From: a virus | Lineage: Duplodnaviria; Heunggongvirae; Uroviricota; Caudoviricetes | Strand: one strand, 5' to 3' | Virus record (IMG/VR): IMGVR_UViG_2541047938_000003 | Coordinates: 1 to 42,938 of that record | Length of the DNA stretch: 42,938 bases | Shown here: one piece after another, positions 1 through 8,371 of the stretch | Position numbering within the stretch: position 1 is the first letter of the stretch | Layout: the number at the start of each line of letters is the position of its first letter | Notes under the pieces: model-generated | Database searches by the model: none | Told to the model about the DNA's origin: nothing | Seen by the model: only the letters and a program-made list of their open reading frames with translations | Made by a program: the position numbers and the translations under genes

Positions 1-1194
1 ATGATCACCGACACAAAGCTCAGGAAGGCGCTCGGCAAGAAAAGAGATGATATCGAGATTATTTCTGATTCGCACGGGCTCAACGCCAGAATCAGCCAGG
101 CCGGAAAAATATCATTTTTCTATCGGTATCGCTGGGCCGGTAAAGCGGTAAAACTCAATGTTGGTGATTATCCTGCAATGAGTATCACCCAGGCAAGAGA
201 GCGTCGCCAACAATTCAGAAACTGGTTAACTGAGGGACTGGATCCGCGAGAGCAGGTGAAGCTGGATAAGCAGACCCGACAGGAAGCGATGTCCGTTGCC
301 GAAGCGTTCAATTACTGGATTGAAAGGCACTGTATCGCTAACGGGCTAGTTAAAGTCGATTACTATCGCCAGGTGTTTGAGAAACATATCGCCGAACCGA
401 TGAAGAATGTCAAAGTCGATAACACAGCGAAAATGCACTGGATCAACGTCTTCGATTCTATAGAAAGCAGGGTGATGGCTCATTACATGCTTTCGCTGTG
501 CAAACGGGCGTTTAGGTTCTGCGTTAACAGAAGTGTGATCGCCTCAAACCCACTCGAGGGATTACTGCCATCTGATGTCGGGCAAAAGCCTAAAAAGAGA
601 ACTCGCAGGATGGACGATGACGATCTGCGCAAAATCTATCAGTGGTTGAAAAGCCATATGTCGATAGAGTCCGTTTTCCTGGTGAAATTTATTATGCTTA
701 CCGGATGCCGTACGGCTGAGATTCGACTTAGTGAGAGATCATGGTTTCGATTGGATGATAATGAGTGGGTCGTGCCTGCGGGCAGTTATAAAACTCGGGT
801 ACATATTAGAAGGGGACTCTCAGACGCCGCCGTTAACCTGGTCAGAAATCACCTCAAGAAAATAAACACCAATCACCTGGTGACTTCACAACGTAAAATT
901 GATGGCGGGATCAAAGATTCGCCCGTTCATTCACCTGTGGCATCCAATTACGCCCGTTCTATTTGGAATGGAACAGGTATGGCAGAGTGGTCGCTTCATG
1001 ATATGAGGCGGACGATAGCCACAAATCTCTCTGAGTTAGGTTGCCCGCCGCACGTAATTGAAAAGCTGCTCGGGCATCAGATGGTGGGGGTTATGGCGCA
1101 TTACAACCTTCATGACTATATCGATGATCAGAAACACTGGCTCCGCGTTTGGCAGAGCCATCTTGAAGAGATCATCGGAGAGCCCTTCAGTTAA
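1..1194 (+). CDS. int: Tyrosine-type phage integrase (P4-like N-terminus), apparently complete
   Basis: ATG at nt 1; N-terminus [10 protein letters not shown]...[10 protein letters not shown] resembles P4-family arm-binding region; C-terminal HDMRRT...LLGHQ...HY catalytic region (R-H-R-Y). Family assignment from memory. Confidence 0.85.
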
Positions 1195-1433
1195 TTTATC
1201 TTCTTTTTATCCTCCCACTCTTTGATTGACTCAGAGCGCCAGCGGTTAGGGTTGCCGGGCCAGTCAGGGGGTGGGAACGGGCATACGAAGCCCCGAGGCA
1301 TTGTGTCTGCACTTTGCCATGACCAAAGGGTTTTGCGTGAAATTTTGTAGCGACTGGTCAGGTCTGACGTTACCAAAATATCATCCATAGCTCTCTCCAG
1401 TTGCCCGTTCGGGCCATTCAAAATCTTTTTCAA
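1191..1433 (-). CDS. AlpA/Xis-like small HTH protein (putative excisionase or regulator)
   Basis: 80 aa; motif [20 protein letters not shown] typical of AlpA-family HTH; 3' end overlaps integrase 3' end by 4 nt (convergent). Confidence 0.55.
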
Positions 1434-1675
1434 CCAACCTGCCCGGGCAGGGAGCGGAGACGGCGCATGCCGGTCATCGCTGTGGCCACGTAGCTCGCCT
1501 TTCGGTTCACCACCTCCACCCAGACTTTCACGCCTTCAACCTTCACCGTATAAGTCTCTTTCATCTTGCTTCGCCCATAGTCGCCATATGTTTGCAAGTG
1601 AGCCGCCAGCGCAACATCGCAAGCGCGGCGACCAATAGGTGATTGCTTACTGCGATTAATCAGCTTCATCATCAC
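1430..1675 (-). CDS. Hypothetical protein
   Basis: 81-aa ORF tightly packed in the leftward operon (4-nt overlaps on both sides); no recognisable motif. Confidence 0.4.
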   Translation of the reverse strand: MMMKLINRSKQSPIGRRACDVALAAHLQTYGDYGRSKMKETYTVKVEGVKVWVEVVNRKASYVATAMTGMRRLRSLPGQVG

Positions 1676-2556
1676 TGCACTCCCAAAGTGGCTACGACAT
1701 CACTCGCTGTTTCGCGGTTACTGCCTTTGCTGGATATAGCCCGGCGAGCACTGACGCGGTGCAGCGTGAAGCCGTGCTGTTCGTAAAGTTCAATTACGCG
1801 CGGAGCGGTAGAATTGCTGATCACCACTTTCGCCCCCCGCTGGTGGGCTGCCACACAGCTTTCCGTAAGCTCTACCTGGCTATCCCATGAGAACCCACCA
1901 GCCGCGTAGTTAGTGAAACCCGCGGTGCCGGGCAGCGGCTCATAAGGCGGATCGCAGTAAACGACGTCACCATCACCAGCCAGCGCGAGCGTGCGCCTGA
2001 AGCCTGCATTCATGAATACGCATGTGTGAGATTTCCGCTTAAATGCCTTGATCTCTTCTTCCGGGAAATATGGCGCTTTATATTTCCCAAAGCCGACGTT
2101 AAAAAAACCGTCCAGGTTATAGCGAATCAGGCCGTTAAAGCAGTGCCGATTGAGGTAAAGGAATGCTGCTGCACGCTCGACCGCATCCAGCCGCTGCGCG
2201 TTGAATGCTTCACGAATTAACGTATAGTTTTCGGCATCATTAAGATGCCTGAATGCCTTCATTGCCTCATAGATCACCGAATCGGGGACCACCGCCAGCA
2301 TCTGATACAGGTTAATCAGGTCAGCGCTGACGTCAGCCAGAAGGAAGCGTTCGTGCTTGTCTGAGTTAAGGAACACCGAGCCGCCACCCACAAAAGGCTC
2401 AATAAGGCGTTTACCTGCGGGGATCAGGCGATCCAGTTCCGGCAGCAGCGAATATTTGCCGCCAGCCCATTTAAGGAACGGGCGCTGCCAGCTGCGCAGC
2501 GCCGGTTCTTCTATGGGCATCGCCGCAGCTCCACTGCAAACAGATCCGTATCTCAT
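1672..2556 (-). CDS. dam: Dam-family DNA N6-adenine methyltransferase
   Basis: FLKWAGGKYSLLPEL and DPPY motifs; alternative start at 2520 (MPIEEP...) has a better GGAG RBS than the ATG at 2556. Confidence 0.85.
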   Translation of the reverse strand: MRYGSVCSGAAAMPIEEPALRSWQRPFLKWAGGKYSLLPELDRLIPAGKRLIEPFVGGGSVFLNSDKHERFLLADVSADLINLYQMLAVVPDSVIYEAMKAFRHLNDAENYTLIREAFNAQRLDAVERAAAFLYLNRHCFNGLIRYNLDGFFNVGFGKYKAPYFPEEEIKAFKRKSHTCVFMNAGFRRTLALAGDGDVVYCDPPYEPLPGTAGFTNYAAGGFSWDSQVELTESCVAAHQRGAKVVISNSTAPRVIELYEQHGFTLHRVSARRAISSKGSNRETASDVVATLGVQ

Positions 2557-2711
2557 GCTGCCACCTGCTTTTCGTTAAGTTCTTCAGCCAGTCGTTGCGC
2601 CTTCAGTGGGTTGGTAACGACTTCACCCCACGGCAGCAACCATCCGTTTTTCTCTTTGAGCCAGGGAAGGCGCACCGCGCCAACCCTGATTTCGTCGTGA
2701 GCGTGAGTCAT
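2553..2711 (-). CDS. Small hypothetical ORF (52 aa), not in the supplied track
   Basis: ATG at 2711 overlaps upstream stop (ATGA) and its TGA overlaps the ATG at 2556; reads MTHAHDEIRVGAVRLPWLKEKNGWLLPWGEVVTNPLKAQRLAEELNEKQVAA. Hand translation only. Confidence 0.35.
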   Translation of the reverse strand: MTHAHDEIRVGAVRLPWLKEKNGWLLPWGEVVTNPLKAQRLAEELNEKQVAA

Positions 2712-3136
2712 AGGATGGACTCCATTTCGTCGATGTAGAGGCCCTGAGCAATCAGGCGGCTACGGCGGGCGGCACGGGCTATGCACTCCTGCCGTCTACC
2801 TTCCTGCGATTGCTCAATGGCGCGCCGGGTGAACAGGCGCGATTTGCCCTGCGGCGTCACAACCTTCGGCTTCGTGACCAGGTCGAAAGTCCGGTCGCAG
2901 ATGCCGTCCCCGTTGATCCACTTTTCCGACTCAACGATCTGCGCTATCTGTCCGGAGCCGCGGGTAATACCGTTGGCTACCCGGTTAAACTCGATGAGCG
3001 TTACGCCAAACTTCTCAGCGATTTCGCTGCCGGTTACCGGGCGGCCGCGCGTCTGAATCATCCAGATAACGCGCTCACGAAGGCCGGAGAATTGCCCGGT
3101 GCGCCCTGGCCTGCGGTAAAATGGTGTGCGTTTCAT
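2708..3136 (-). CDS. Hypothetical protein, possibly DNA-binding
   Basis: 142-aa ORF in operon context with stop/start overlaps; no confident family. Confidence 0.45.
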   Translation of the reverse strand: MKRTPFYRRPGRTGQFSGLRERVIWMIQTRGRPVTGSEIAEKFGVTLIEFNRVANGITRGSGQIAQIVESEKWINGDGICDRTFDLVTKPKVVTPQGKSRLFTRRAIEQSQEGRRQECIARAARRSRLIAQGLYIDEMESIL

Positions 3137-3750
3137 GCTGCACGCTCTGTGATTTTCTGAATTTCCGATTCCAGATCTGCAAGGAAGCTCTTAACCTCAG
3201 ATTCGATTTCGCGCGCCAGCTCTTCATCGAAATGAATCCGCTTCTTGAAATAGGCGAGGTCAGGCGGCAGGCGATCATCGAAACTAACGAAATCACACCA
3301 TTTCCGCCCGGTGCACATCATCTGTGCATGCATTTGCAGCATGTACTGGCGCTTTGGCTCACCAGTTTTCAGCGTTTCAAGATGGGTCCAGGTGTTGGGG
3401 CATTTGATTTCGATAAGCCCGTCGTCGTTGACAAGTCCGTCCGGGCTGGCTGCGAATCCGGGTATGGTTGGGTGATCGATGAGCCCAACTTCAGTGATTG
3501 CCGCATTGAACTCATTCAGCGCGTACATTTCGCGTGCCACTGGCTCAAGTTCAGTGCCGCGCATCATCGCGGCATTCGAAAACCCTTCCTCCAGCTTCCC
3601 GGTCAGCCGTTGGCAAATCAGCTCGGCCATGTAGTTCTGGCGGCTGGTGGAGTAGCCCGACTTAGTCCGGGCCATGACATCAGCCAGGCGACTGGCTGTG
3701 ACCTTGCCGCAGCGCGCAGCAAACCATTCAGGGGTGCGTTGCTCTATCAT
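3133..3750 (-). CDS. YqaJ-like phage recombination exonuclease
   Basis: N-terminus MIEQRTPEWFAARCGKVTASR is a YqaJ/lambda-exo family signature; sits immediately downstream of the bet-like gene. Confidence 0.8.
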   Translation of the reverse strand: MIEQRTPEWFAARCGKVTASRLADVMARTKSGYSTSRQNYMAELICQRLTGKLEEGFSNAAMMRGTELEPVAREMYALNEFNAAITEVGLIDHPTIPGFAASPDGLVNDDGLIEIKCPNTWTHLETLKTGEPKRQYMLQMHAQMMCTGRKWCDFVSFDDRLPPDLAYFKKRIHFDEELAREIESEVKSFLADLESEIQKITERAA

Positions 3751-4508
3751 TCAGCCTCCGTCTCTGCGACATTGACAGGTTCGGCGTTGTCGACAGCAAG
3801 ACTCATGTCATACATGCGTCGTTTCTCAACTGCGCCGATCACCTGTTTCTCTTCGGCGCTCAGAGCCACCCAGAACTCCTGATACTTAACGGTTCCAAGG
3901 CGCGCGGCGGACTCACCTTTTGCGATCAGTTCCGGGCGGCGGCTATCTGATTCATGGCCCGCATGAACCTCTGCCGTTGTTCCTTCAATTACTCGCTCTG
4001 CCTCGTCCTGGTCGAAGATGCCAGCGAAACCAAAGGCCAGACGCGCGCACTGGATCAGCGTCTTGTGGCGAAGCATGCGGGTAGGGTGGGACTGCCATGG
4101 CTGAGTGTTGCGTTTGCACTCTCCCATGTACTCGGTGACGATGGTCGGGTGCTTACGGTCTTTGCGGTAAATCTTGCAGGTACACGCGCCTTCCTCCTTG
4201 TCGTAAGAGAACTCCATGCCGTCAAACTGAGGATGCTCGTTGATAATGCGAGCCCATCCATCAACGCCGACGACCGGGACAATCCCGCCTTTATCTGGGA
4301 ATGCGTAAATCTCTTTGGTCCATGGGTTCAGGCCGTACTGGTTGGCGACGATCAACAGGGCTGTAAACTGCTCGTCCGTGACGTTGCCACCTTTGAACGC
4401 TGTATTCTTCAGCGTATTCATCAGGTCTGTACCGGCATCCATGCCGAGGCGTGCGGCCAGTTTCCCGGCCATGGTGGAAAGTGCAGTACTCATTGTTAAA
4501 TCCCTCAA
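3747..4508 (-). CDS. bet: Bet/RecT-family single-strand annealing protein
   Basis: Strong resemblance to lambda Bet from memory (TALLIVANQYGLNPWTKEIYAFPDK, VGVDGW, RMLRHKTLIQCARLAFGFAGI). Confidence 0.85.
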   Translation of the reverse strand: MRDLTMSTALSTMAGKLAARLGMDAGTDLMNTLKNTAFKGGNVTDEQFTALLIVANQYGLNPWTKEIYAFPDKGGIVPVVGVDGWARIINEHPQFDGMEFSYDKEEGACTCKIYRKDRKHPTIVTEYMGECKRNTQPWQSHPTRMLRHKTLIQCARLAFGFAGIFDQDEAERVIEGTTAEVHAGHESDSRRPELIAKGESAARLGTVKYQEFWVALSAEEKQVIGAVEKRRMYDMSLAVDNAEPVNVAETEAE

Positions 4509-4511
4509 AAA

Positions 4512-4796
4512 TTAAAACGGGCAGCCGGTACGGTGTTCCCAGTCGTATTCCGCCTGGGCGTAAGCAACTACCGAAATGAAATCGTTGTAGGCCTCGCCAG
4601 CTTTATCGCTGCGAAGCCCTTCGTATGGGCTGGAGTCTATCGGGATCGTGAAGTGGAAGAGGCCGGACGGCTCTTTAGGCATCATGTCGATGATTTTCTG
4701 CGCCCGGTCGTCGATCCACTTCTCTTTCTCGTCGGTGATCTGCTGCTCAGCCCAGCGCCGATCTTCGATGCGGTCGTAAGTGAGGTATGCGTTCAT
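4512..4796 (-). CDS. gam: Gam-like host nuclease (RecBCD) inhibitor
   Basis: N-terminus MNAYLTYDRIEDRRWAEQQ resembles the lambda Gam short form [21 protein letters not shown]; position after bet/exo. Confidence 0.65.
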   Translation of the reverse strand: MNAYLTYDRIEDRRWAEQQITDEKEKWIDDRAQKIIDMMPKEPSGLFHFTIPIDSSPYEGLRSDKAGEAYNDFISVVAYAQAEYDWEHRTGCPF

Positions 4797-4803
4797 GGTT
4801 GCC

Positions 4804-5775
4804 TCAGTAATGAATTTTCGCGCAGGGGATCAGGTTATCTTTCAGAGCGGTAAGCACTTCGATAGCCTGCTCGCGGGTTAAGCTGGTTTGGCTGGTGAGC
4901 GCGTTAACGATGTTGGTGCCGACCGTCTTGCGGTGCTTAACGTCAGCTTCACGCTTTGCCTGCTCATCGGCGAGGCGCTTCTCTTCGGCCAGGCGGGCAT
5001 CTTCGGCCTGTTTGGCCTTCAGGCGCTCGGCTTCAACCGCCGCGGCTTTTTCGCGTTCCGCCCGGGCTTCCGCTTCCTGCTTCTCGCGAGCTGCACGCTG
5101 TTCCGCTTCGACGCGCTGGCGCTCCGCCAGTTCAGCGCGGGCTTTCTCTTCGGCTTCACGGCGCGCTGCGGCTTCAATCTCCGCTTTGTGCTTCGCTTCG
5201 GCATCGCGGCGGGCTTGTTCTGCCGCTTCCTGTTTCAGCCGCTCATCACGTTCACGCTGAGCCTGTTCCGCCAGACGGCGCTGCTCTTCGCGGTCACGGT
5301 CAAAATCCTTGTTCATCAGTAGAGCCATTTCGTGGTCCGCTTCGAACTTGGCAGCCAGCTCCTGATCGAACCTGATGTTCATCTCCAGCGCTTCGGCGTG
5401 CATCGCGTTCATGGCTTCTTCAGCCTTAATGCGTTCCTGCTCGGCTTCCCATTCGGTGAGTGGGCGGCGGGTCGCATCGCGCAGCTCGTCGCAGGCATCA
5501 ACGAATCGCTTAATTTCGGCCTCAGCCGGACGCACAGCCTCTTTCAGGCGCTTCAGGTACTCACGGCCCGGCTTTTCGATTGCCGTCTTGCTGCGGGACA
5601 CCTGCGCTGCCAGAGAGGCAACACGGTCACGGCCTTTCTTCGTGGACAGGTCCGGCACTTCGTTTACAGCCTGGCGGATTTGCTCAAGGTACGCGTCAAG
5701 GCCGCCCGCTACGTAAAGCACTGGGGCCTGTTCCGGCTTGATTTCGATGACAGTTAAGTCCGTTACTTCGCTCAT
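4804..5775 (-). CDS. Hypothetical coiled-coil protein with E/R/A/K-rich repeats
   Basis: 323 aa; the long charged low-complexity stretch explains the many spurious antisense ORFs in the track. Confidence 0.5.
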   Translation of the reverse strand: MSEVTDLTVIEIKPEQAPVLYVAGGLDAYLEQIRQAVNEVPDLSTKKGRDRVASLAAQVSRSKTAIEKPGREYLKRLKEAVRPAEAEIKRFVDACDELRDATRRPLTEWEAEQERIKAEEAMNAMHAEALEMNIRFDQELAAKFEADHEMALLMNKDFDRDREEQRRLAEQAQRERDERLKQEAAEQARRDAEAKHKAEIEAAARREAEEKARAELAERQRVEAEQRAAREKQEAEARAEREKAAAVEAERLKAKQAEDARLAEEKRLADEQAKREADVKHRKTVGTNIVNALTSQTSLTREQAIEVLTALKDNLIPCAKIHY

Positions 5776-5845
5776 GGTTTCTCCTGAAATTTGGATGTGC
5801 AGATCCCGCCCGCGTAATGCCAGGCCGATCGGTTGAATAGGGTGG

Positions 5846-6043
5846 TTACTGCTGCGCGATGGATTTCGCCGGGAACTCGCCGTTGCGGATGATGCTTTCT
5901 ACCGGCCAGCACTCAGCTGACACTTTCTGCTCTGTAGCTGCCAGGCTGCATTCCTGCTGGCTGTCGTAAACGCCGAGAATGACATCCTGATAATCACCGT
6001 TGGTCATTGCCACGGTCAGGACGAGTGCGAATAAAGTTTCCAT
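5846..6043 (-). CDS. Small protein with N-terminal hydrophobic segment (likely start at internal Met)
   Basis: ATG at 6043 preceded by GGGAGGA; METLFALVLTVAMTNG... looks like a signal peptide or TM helix; 66 aa. Confidence 0.45.
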   Translation of the reverse strand: METLFALVLTVAMTNGDYQDVILGVYDSQQECSLAATEQKVSAECWPVESIIRNGEFPAKSIAQQ

Positions 6044-6171
6044 CAGTGAAGAGTCCTCCCGATGGCGACGGCGTAAAGGCGTTTTGCTTCTTCCCACGCC
6101 GGAGCATTGCGATGGAGCACCGCGAACGACGCGAGCCGTTGGGCCTCTCTGATCTGCTGCTGGTTTACCAT
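6043..6171 (-). CDS. Small hypothetical ORF (42 aa), not in the supplied track
   Basis: ATG at 6171 preceded by GAGGAA; stop overlaps the ATG at 6043 (TGATG); MVNQQQIREAQRLASFAVLHRNAPAWEEAKRLYAVAIGRTLH. Confidence 0.3.
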   Translation of the reverse strand: MVNQQQIREAQRLASFAVLHRNAPAWEEAKRLYAVAIGRTLH

Positions 6172-6503
6172 GATTTCCTCTTGGCCTTATCGCGGCGAAC
6201 GGAACGGTTAATACAAGACTTCAACGCATTTATTCAGTGTTTCAATGGGCGGTGGATGGCCGCCGGTTGTCATAAATGGGCAGACTCGAAAATCTGCCTA
6301 TGTATGGCCGATAAAAAACCCGCCGGAGCGGGTCATTCATTCTTTGGTATGCCGCAAAGGGCGTTTAGCGTTTCAACGGGAATGGCAAGTGCGGTGCTGG
6401 TCGCTTCACGGCGTTCCACCTCAGGCAAATATGGCACTGCCTCAGGCCACATCTCAGCCAGTTTTTTAACAGTTGAGACTTTGGTTAGAGCACCTTTAAC
6501 CTG

Positions 6504-7001
6504 CTATTGGAAGGCATCAACTTCATCGTAAAGAACGTTGATGGTTACCGTCGATTCAGTGAGTCGGTCGTGTAATTTTCCAACTTTCTTCAGCGTGCTG
6601 TAACTTTCAGGAACGAAACCCGAATCAATTACAGGCGCGAAGGAAGCTCCGAAGAACAGGTCGCTTTCAAGATCGTGCTTACCAATATGTTTTCCACGGT
6701 GGCGATAGCGATGATCCAAACCGTTCCTGGCTAATTCGTGATACTCACCATTAATAATGACCTTTAAAATTGCAGTTTTAGCGCCGACCTGCATCTTGAT
6801 GAAGGAGTTATCTTTGAAATCTTCCCGAGCCTTAGTTATTTGCTCATCGCTAGTGTTTTCCTGCTTGAGCAATGCCTGTCGAATTTCTTCAACAATTTTC
6901 GCCCTCTCATTAACCGCAGCTTTCGCTTTCTCAAACAATGGGGATGCGAGAAGCAGGTTATGGCATAGCTGATTTTTAATTTCGTTGTTAAGACGAATCA
7001 T
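6504..7001 (-). CDS. Hypothetical accessory protein, first ORF of the leftward early operon
   Basis: 165 aa; AT-rich by eye relative to flanks; contains RYRHRGKH (Rx4H-like). Not arginine-rich, so not N-like. Confidence 0.5.
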   Translation of the reverse strand: MIRLNNEIKNQLCHNLLLASPLFEKAKAAVNERAKIVEEIRQALLKQENTSDEQITKAREDFKDNSFIKMQVGAKTAILKVIINGEYHELARNGLDHRYRHRGKHIGKHDLESDLFFGASFAPVIDSGFVPESYSTLKKVGKLHDRLTESTVTINVLYDEVDAFQ

Positions 7002-7419
7002 TGACTTACCCTCTGTCGTTACCCGCTGATGCGGGAGAAATGCTTTGGCGATGTGGTAGGTGGGAGACCCATTTCGACCCGATTCGGCCTACTTATCTTC
7101 GGCAATAGCTCCTCGGGCCTCGCCGCTTTACGTGCGACATATTCCCGTCCATGAACCCTTCACCACATCCCATAACATTCCCTGTATTGGTCAGCGCCAA
7201 CTCCCTGCCAGTGTTGCCCGTTCTCACGCCGTTCTCGCTCTCGCGCGGGGATACTCTCTCACCGACCGGATCGCACCCGGTGATACAGCACGTTTACGTG
7301 TAGGGGTCTTAACAGGTCATTGACGCTGTAAATCTGCATGTTGTTAAAAAGCAGGCGACTTGCTGTCCGCCGCTGGCTAACTTCGCTCAGCTGTCGATGT
7401 TTCGTTTCGATGGGGTAAA

Positions 7420-7494
7420 TTTAGCGTGATGCTAAATTATGCGCAATAGCAAAATGCTAAATTGTTGAATGGTTTTATTTAGCGTATTGATTAA
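7420..7494. promoter_or_regulatory. OL-like operator cluster: three 17-bp sites of form TTTAGC-N5-GCTAAA
   Basis: 7420-7436 TTTAGCGTGATGCTAAA (perfect palindrome), 7445-7461 AATAGCAAAATGCTAAA, 7478-7494 TTTAGCGTATTGATTAA; same motif recurs right of the repressor gene. Confidence 0.55.
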
Positions 7495-7533
7495 TAAGCG
7501 ATTAAAAATTTACAGCGAAGGAATTCGGGACGT

Positions 7534-7557
7534 AAAAAAGCCCGCGCGATGGCGGGC
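7534..7557 (-). terminator. Rho-independent terminator downstream of the repressor gene
   Basis: Stem GCCCGC/GCGGGC (7540-7545 / 7552-7557) with 6-nt loop, followed on the minus strand by a six-T run. Confidence 0.6.
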
Positions 7558-7577
7558 TTGAGGGGTTTTGCGTGAGG

Positions 7578-8255
7578 TTATGGGATGTTTAGTATTTTGG
7601 CATCAACCACAACGCCGATGATTTTGCAGTTTCCATTAATTTCTAGCATTGGATATGCGGGGTTAAGGGGCTTTAGGAAGCGTCTGCCGGCATCGATTAC
7701 AAGCTTCTTAAAGGTCGCTTCGTTATCGCCTTCTAGCTTCGCGACAACCAGCTTTCCGTTGCGCGGCTCGACTTCAGGATCAACAAGTATCGCTGCTCCC
7801 TCGGGTATGCTCAGTCCAGCCGGGGAGGTCATAGAATCCCCTTTAACGTCCAGCCAGAATGAATCTTCTGAGCAGTCAACAGTCGTGTCATACCAGCGAT
7901 CTATCGCTCTTCGGTGATAAGGTTCTACAGCTTCCATCCATTGCCCCGCGCTTACCCAGCTGATTACAGGATAACTTCCTTTTGTCTCGTTCAGTCCTCG
8001 AAATGCAACGTTCGAAGGTTCTTCACTGGCGTGTAAAACATCCATCCAGCCAAAAGGCAGATCAAGCGCAGTTTCAATTTTGCGAGCCATCTTATCGCCG
8101 ATATTGCGATGAGGGTTTGGTCCCAGTAGCTGACTAAGCGCAGCCGGACTTGTCTCGATGAGCTCGGCAAACTGCGCTTTGGTCATTCCAGACTCGTGCT
8201 GACGCTTCTCGTACAGCGCTTCCAGGTTGGCTTTTCTGATTTCTTTATTTTCCAT
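7578..8255 (-). CDS. cI: cI-like repressor (HTH plus S24 LexA-type autopeptidase domain)
   Basis: Start set at ATG 8255 (MENKEIRK...); HTH region QFAELIETSPAALSQL; S24 motifs GDSM and VVAKL; operator repeats on both sides. Confidence 0.85.
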   Translation of the reverse strand: MENKEIRKANLEALYEKRQHESGMTKAQFAELIETSPAALSQLLGPNPHRNIGDKMARKIETALDLPFGWMDVLHASEEPSNVAFRGLNETKGSYPVISWVSAGQWMEAVEPYHRRAIDRWYDTTVDCSEDSFWLDVKGDSMTSPAGLSIPEGAAILVDPEVEPRNGKLVVAKLEGDNEATFKKLVIDAGRRFLKPLNPAYPMLEINGNCKIIGVVVDAKILNIP

Positions 8256-8273
8256 ACCTGCATTGTTACTGCT

Positions 8274-8339
8274 TTTAGCAAAATGATAAATGTGCAAATT
8301 GCTAAATGATGCTTGCGTAGTATTTAGCATAACGCTAAA
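8274..8339. promoter_or_regulatory. OR-like operators and candidate rightward promoter
   Basis: 8274-8290 TTTAGCAAAATGATAAA; 8323-8339 TTTAGCATAACGCTAAA (perfect palindrome); candidate promoter TTGCGT (8313-8318) - 17 nt - TAAACT (8336-8341) overlapping the operator. Confidence 0.5.
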
Positions 8340-8371
8340 CTCCAAATCAAACGACTCACCCGGAGACACCA

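Noticed and set aside
2026-2578. Plus-strand track ORFs 2026-2220 and 2357-2578 inside or antisense to the dam gene
   Set aside because: Fully overlapped by a well-supported minus-strand Dam methylase ORF; no RBS or recognisable motif; most likely chance ORFs.
3121-4515. Plus-strand ORFs (3121-3882, 3954-4499, 4315-4515) antisense to exo and bet
   Set aside because: Antisense to strongly supported YqaJ and Bet genes; Cys/Arg-rich unlikely composition; typical GC-rich antisense artefacts.
4888-5757. Multiple overlapping ORFs on both strands within the coiled-coil gene
   Set aside because: Generated by the GC-rich repetitive E/R/A codon structure of the 323-aa coiled-coil gene; low-complexity Ala/Arg/Ser translations.
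6007-6531. Plus-strand ORFs 6007-6531 and 6245-6469
   Set aside because: On the opposite strand to the operon, overlapping coupled minus-strand small ORFs; no start context or motif.
6504-7001. Possibility that the first early-left gene is an N-type antiterminator
   Set aside because: N proteins are small with an arginine-rich N-terminal motif; this 165-aa protein lacks it, and no boxA/boxB-like nut site was found by eye.
7060-7323. 87-aa plus-strand ORF in the early-left leader
   Set aside because: Wrong strand for PL-driven transcription, Pro/Ser/Arg-rich random-looking translation; the region is treated as untranslated leader.
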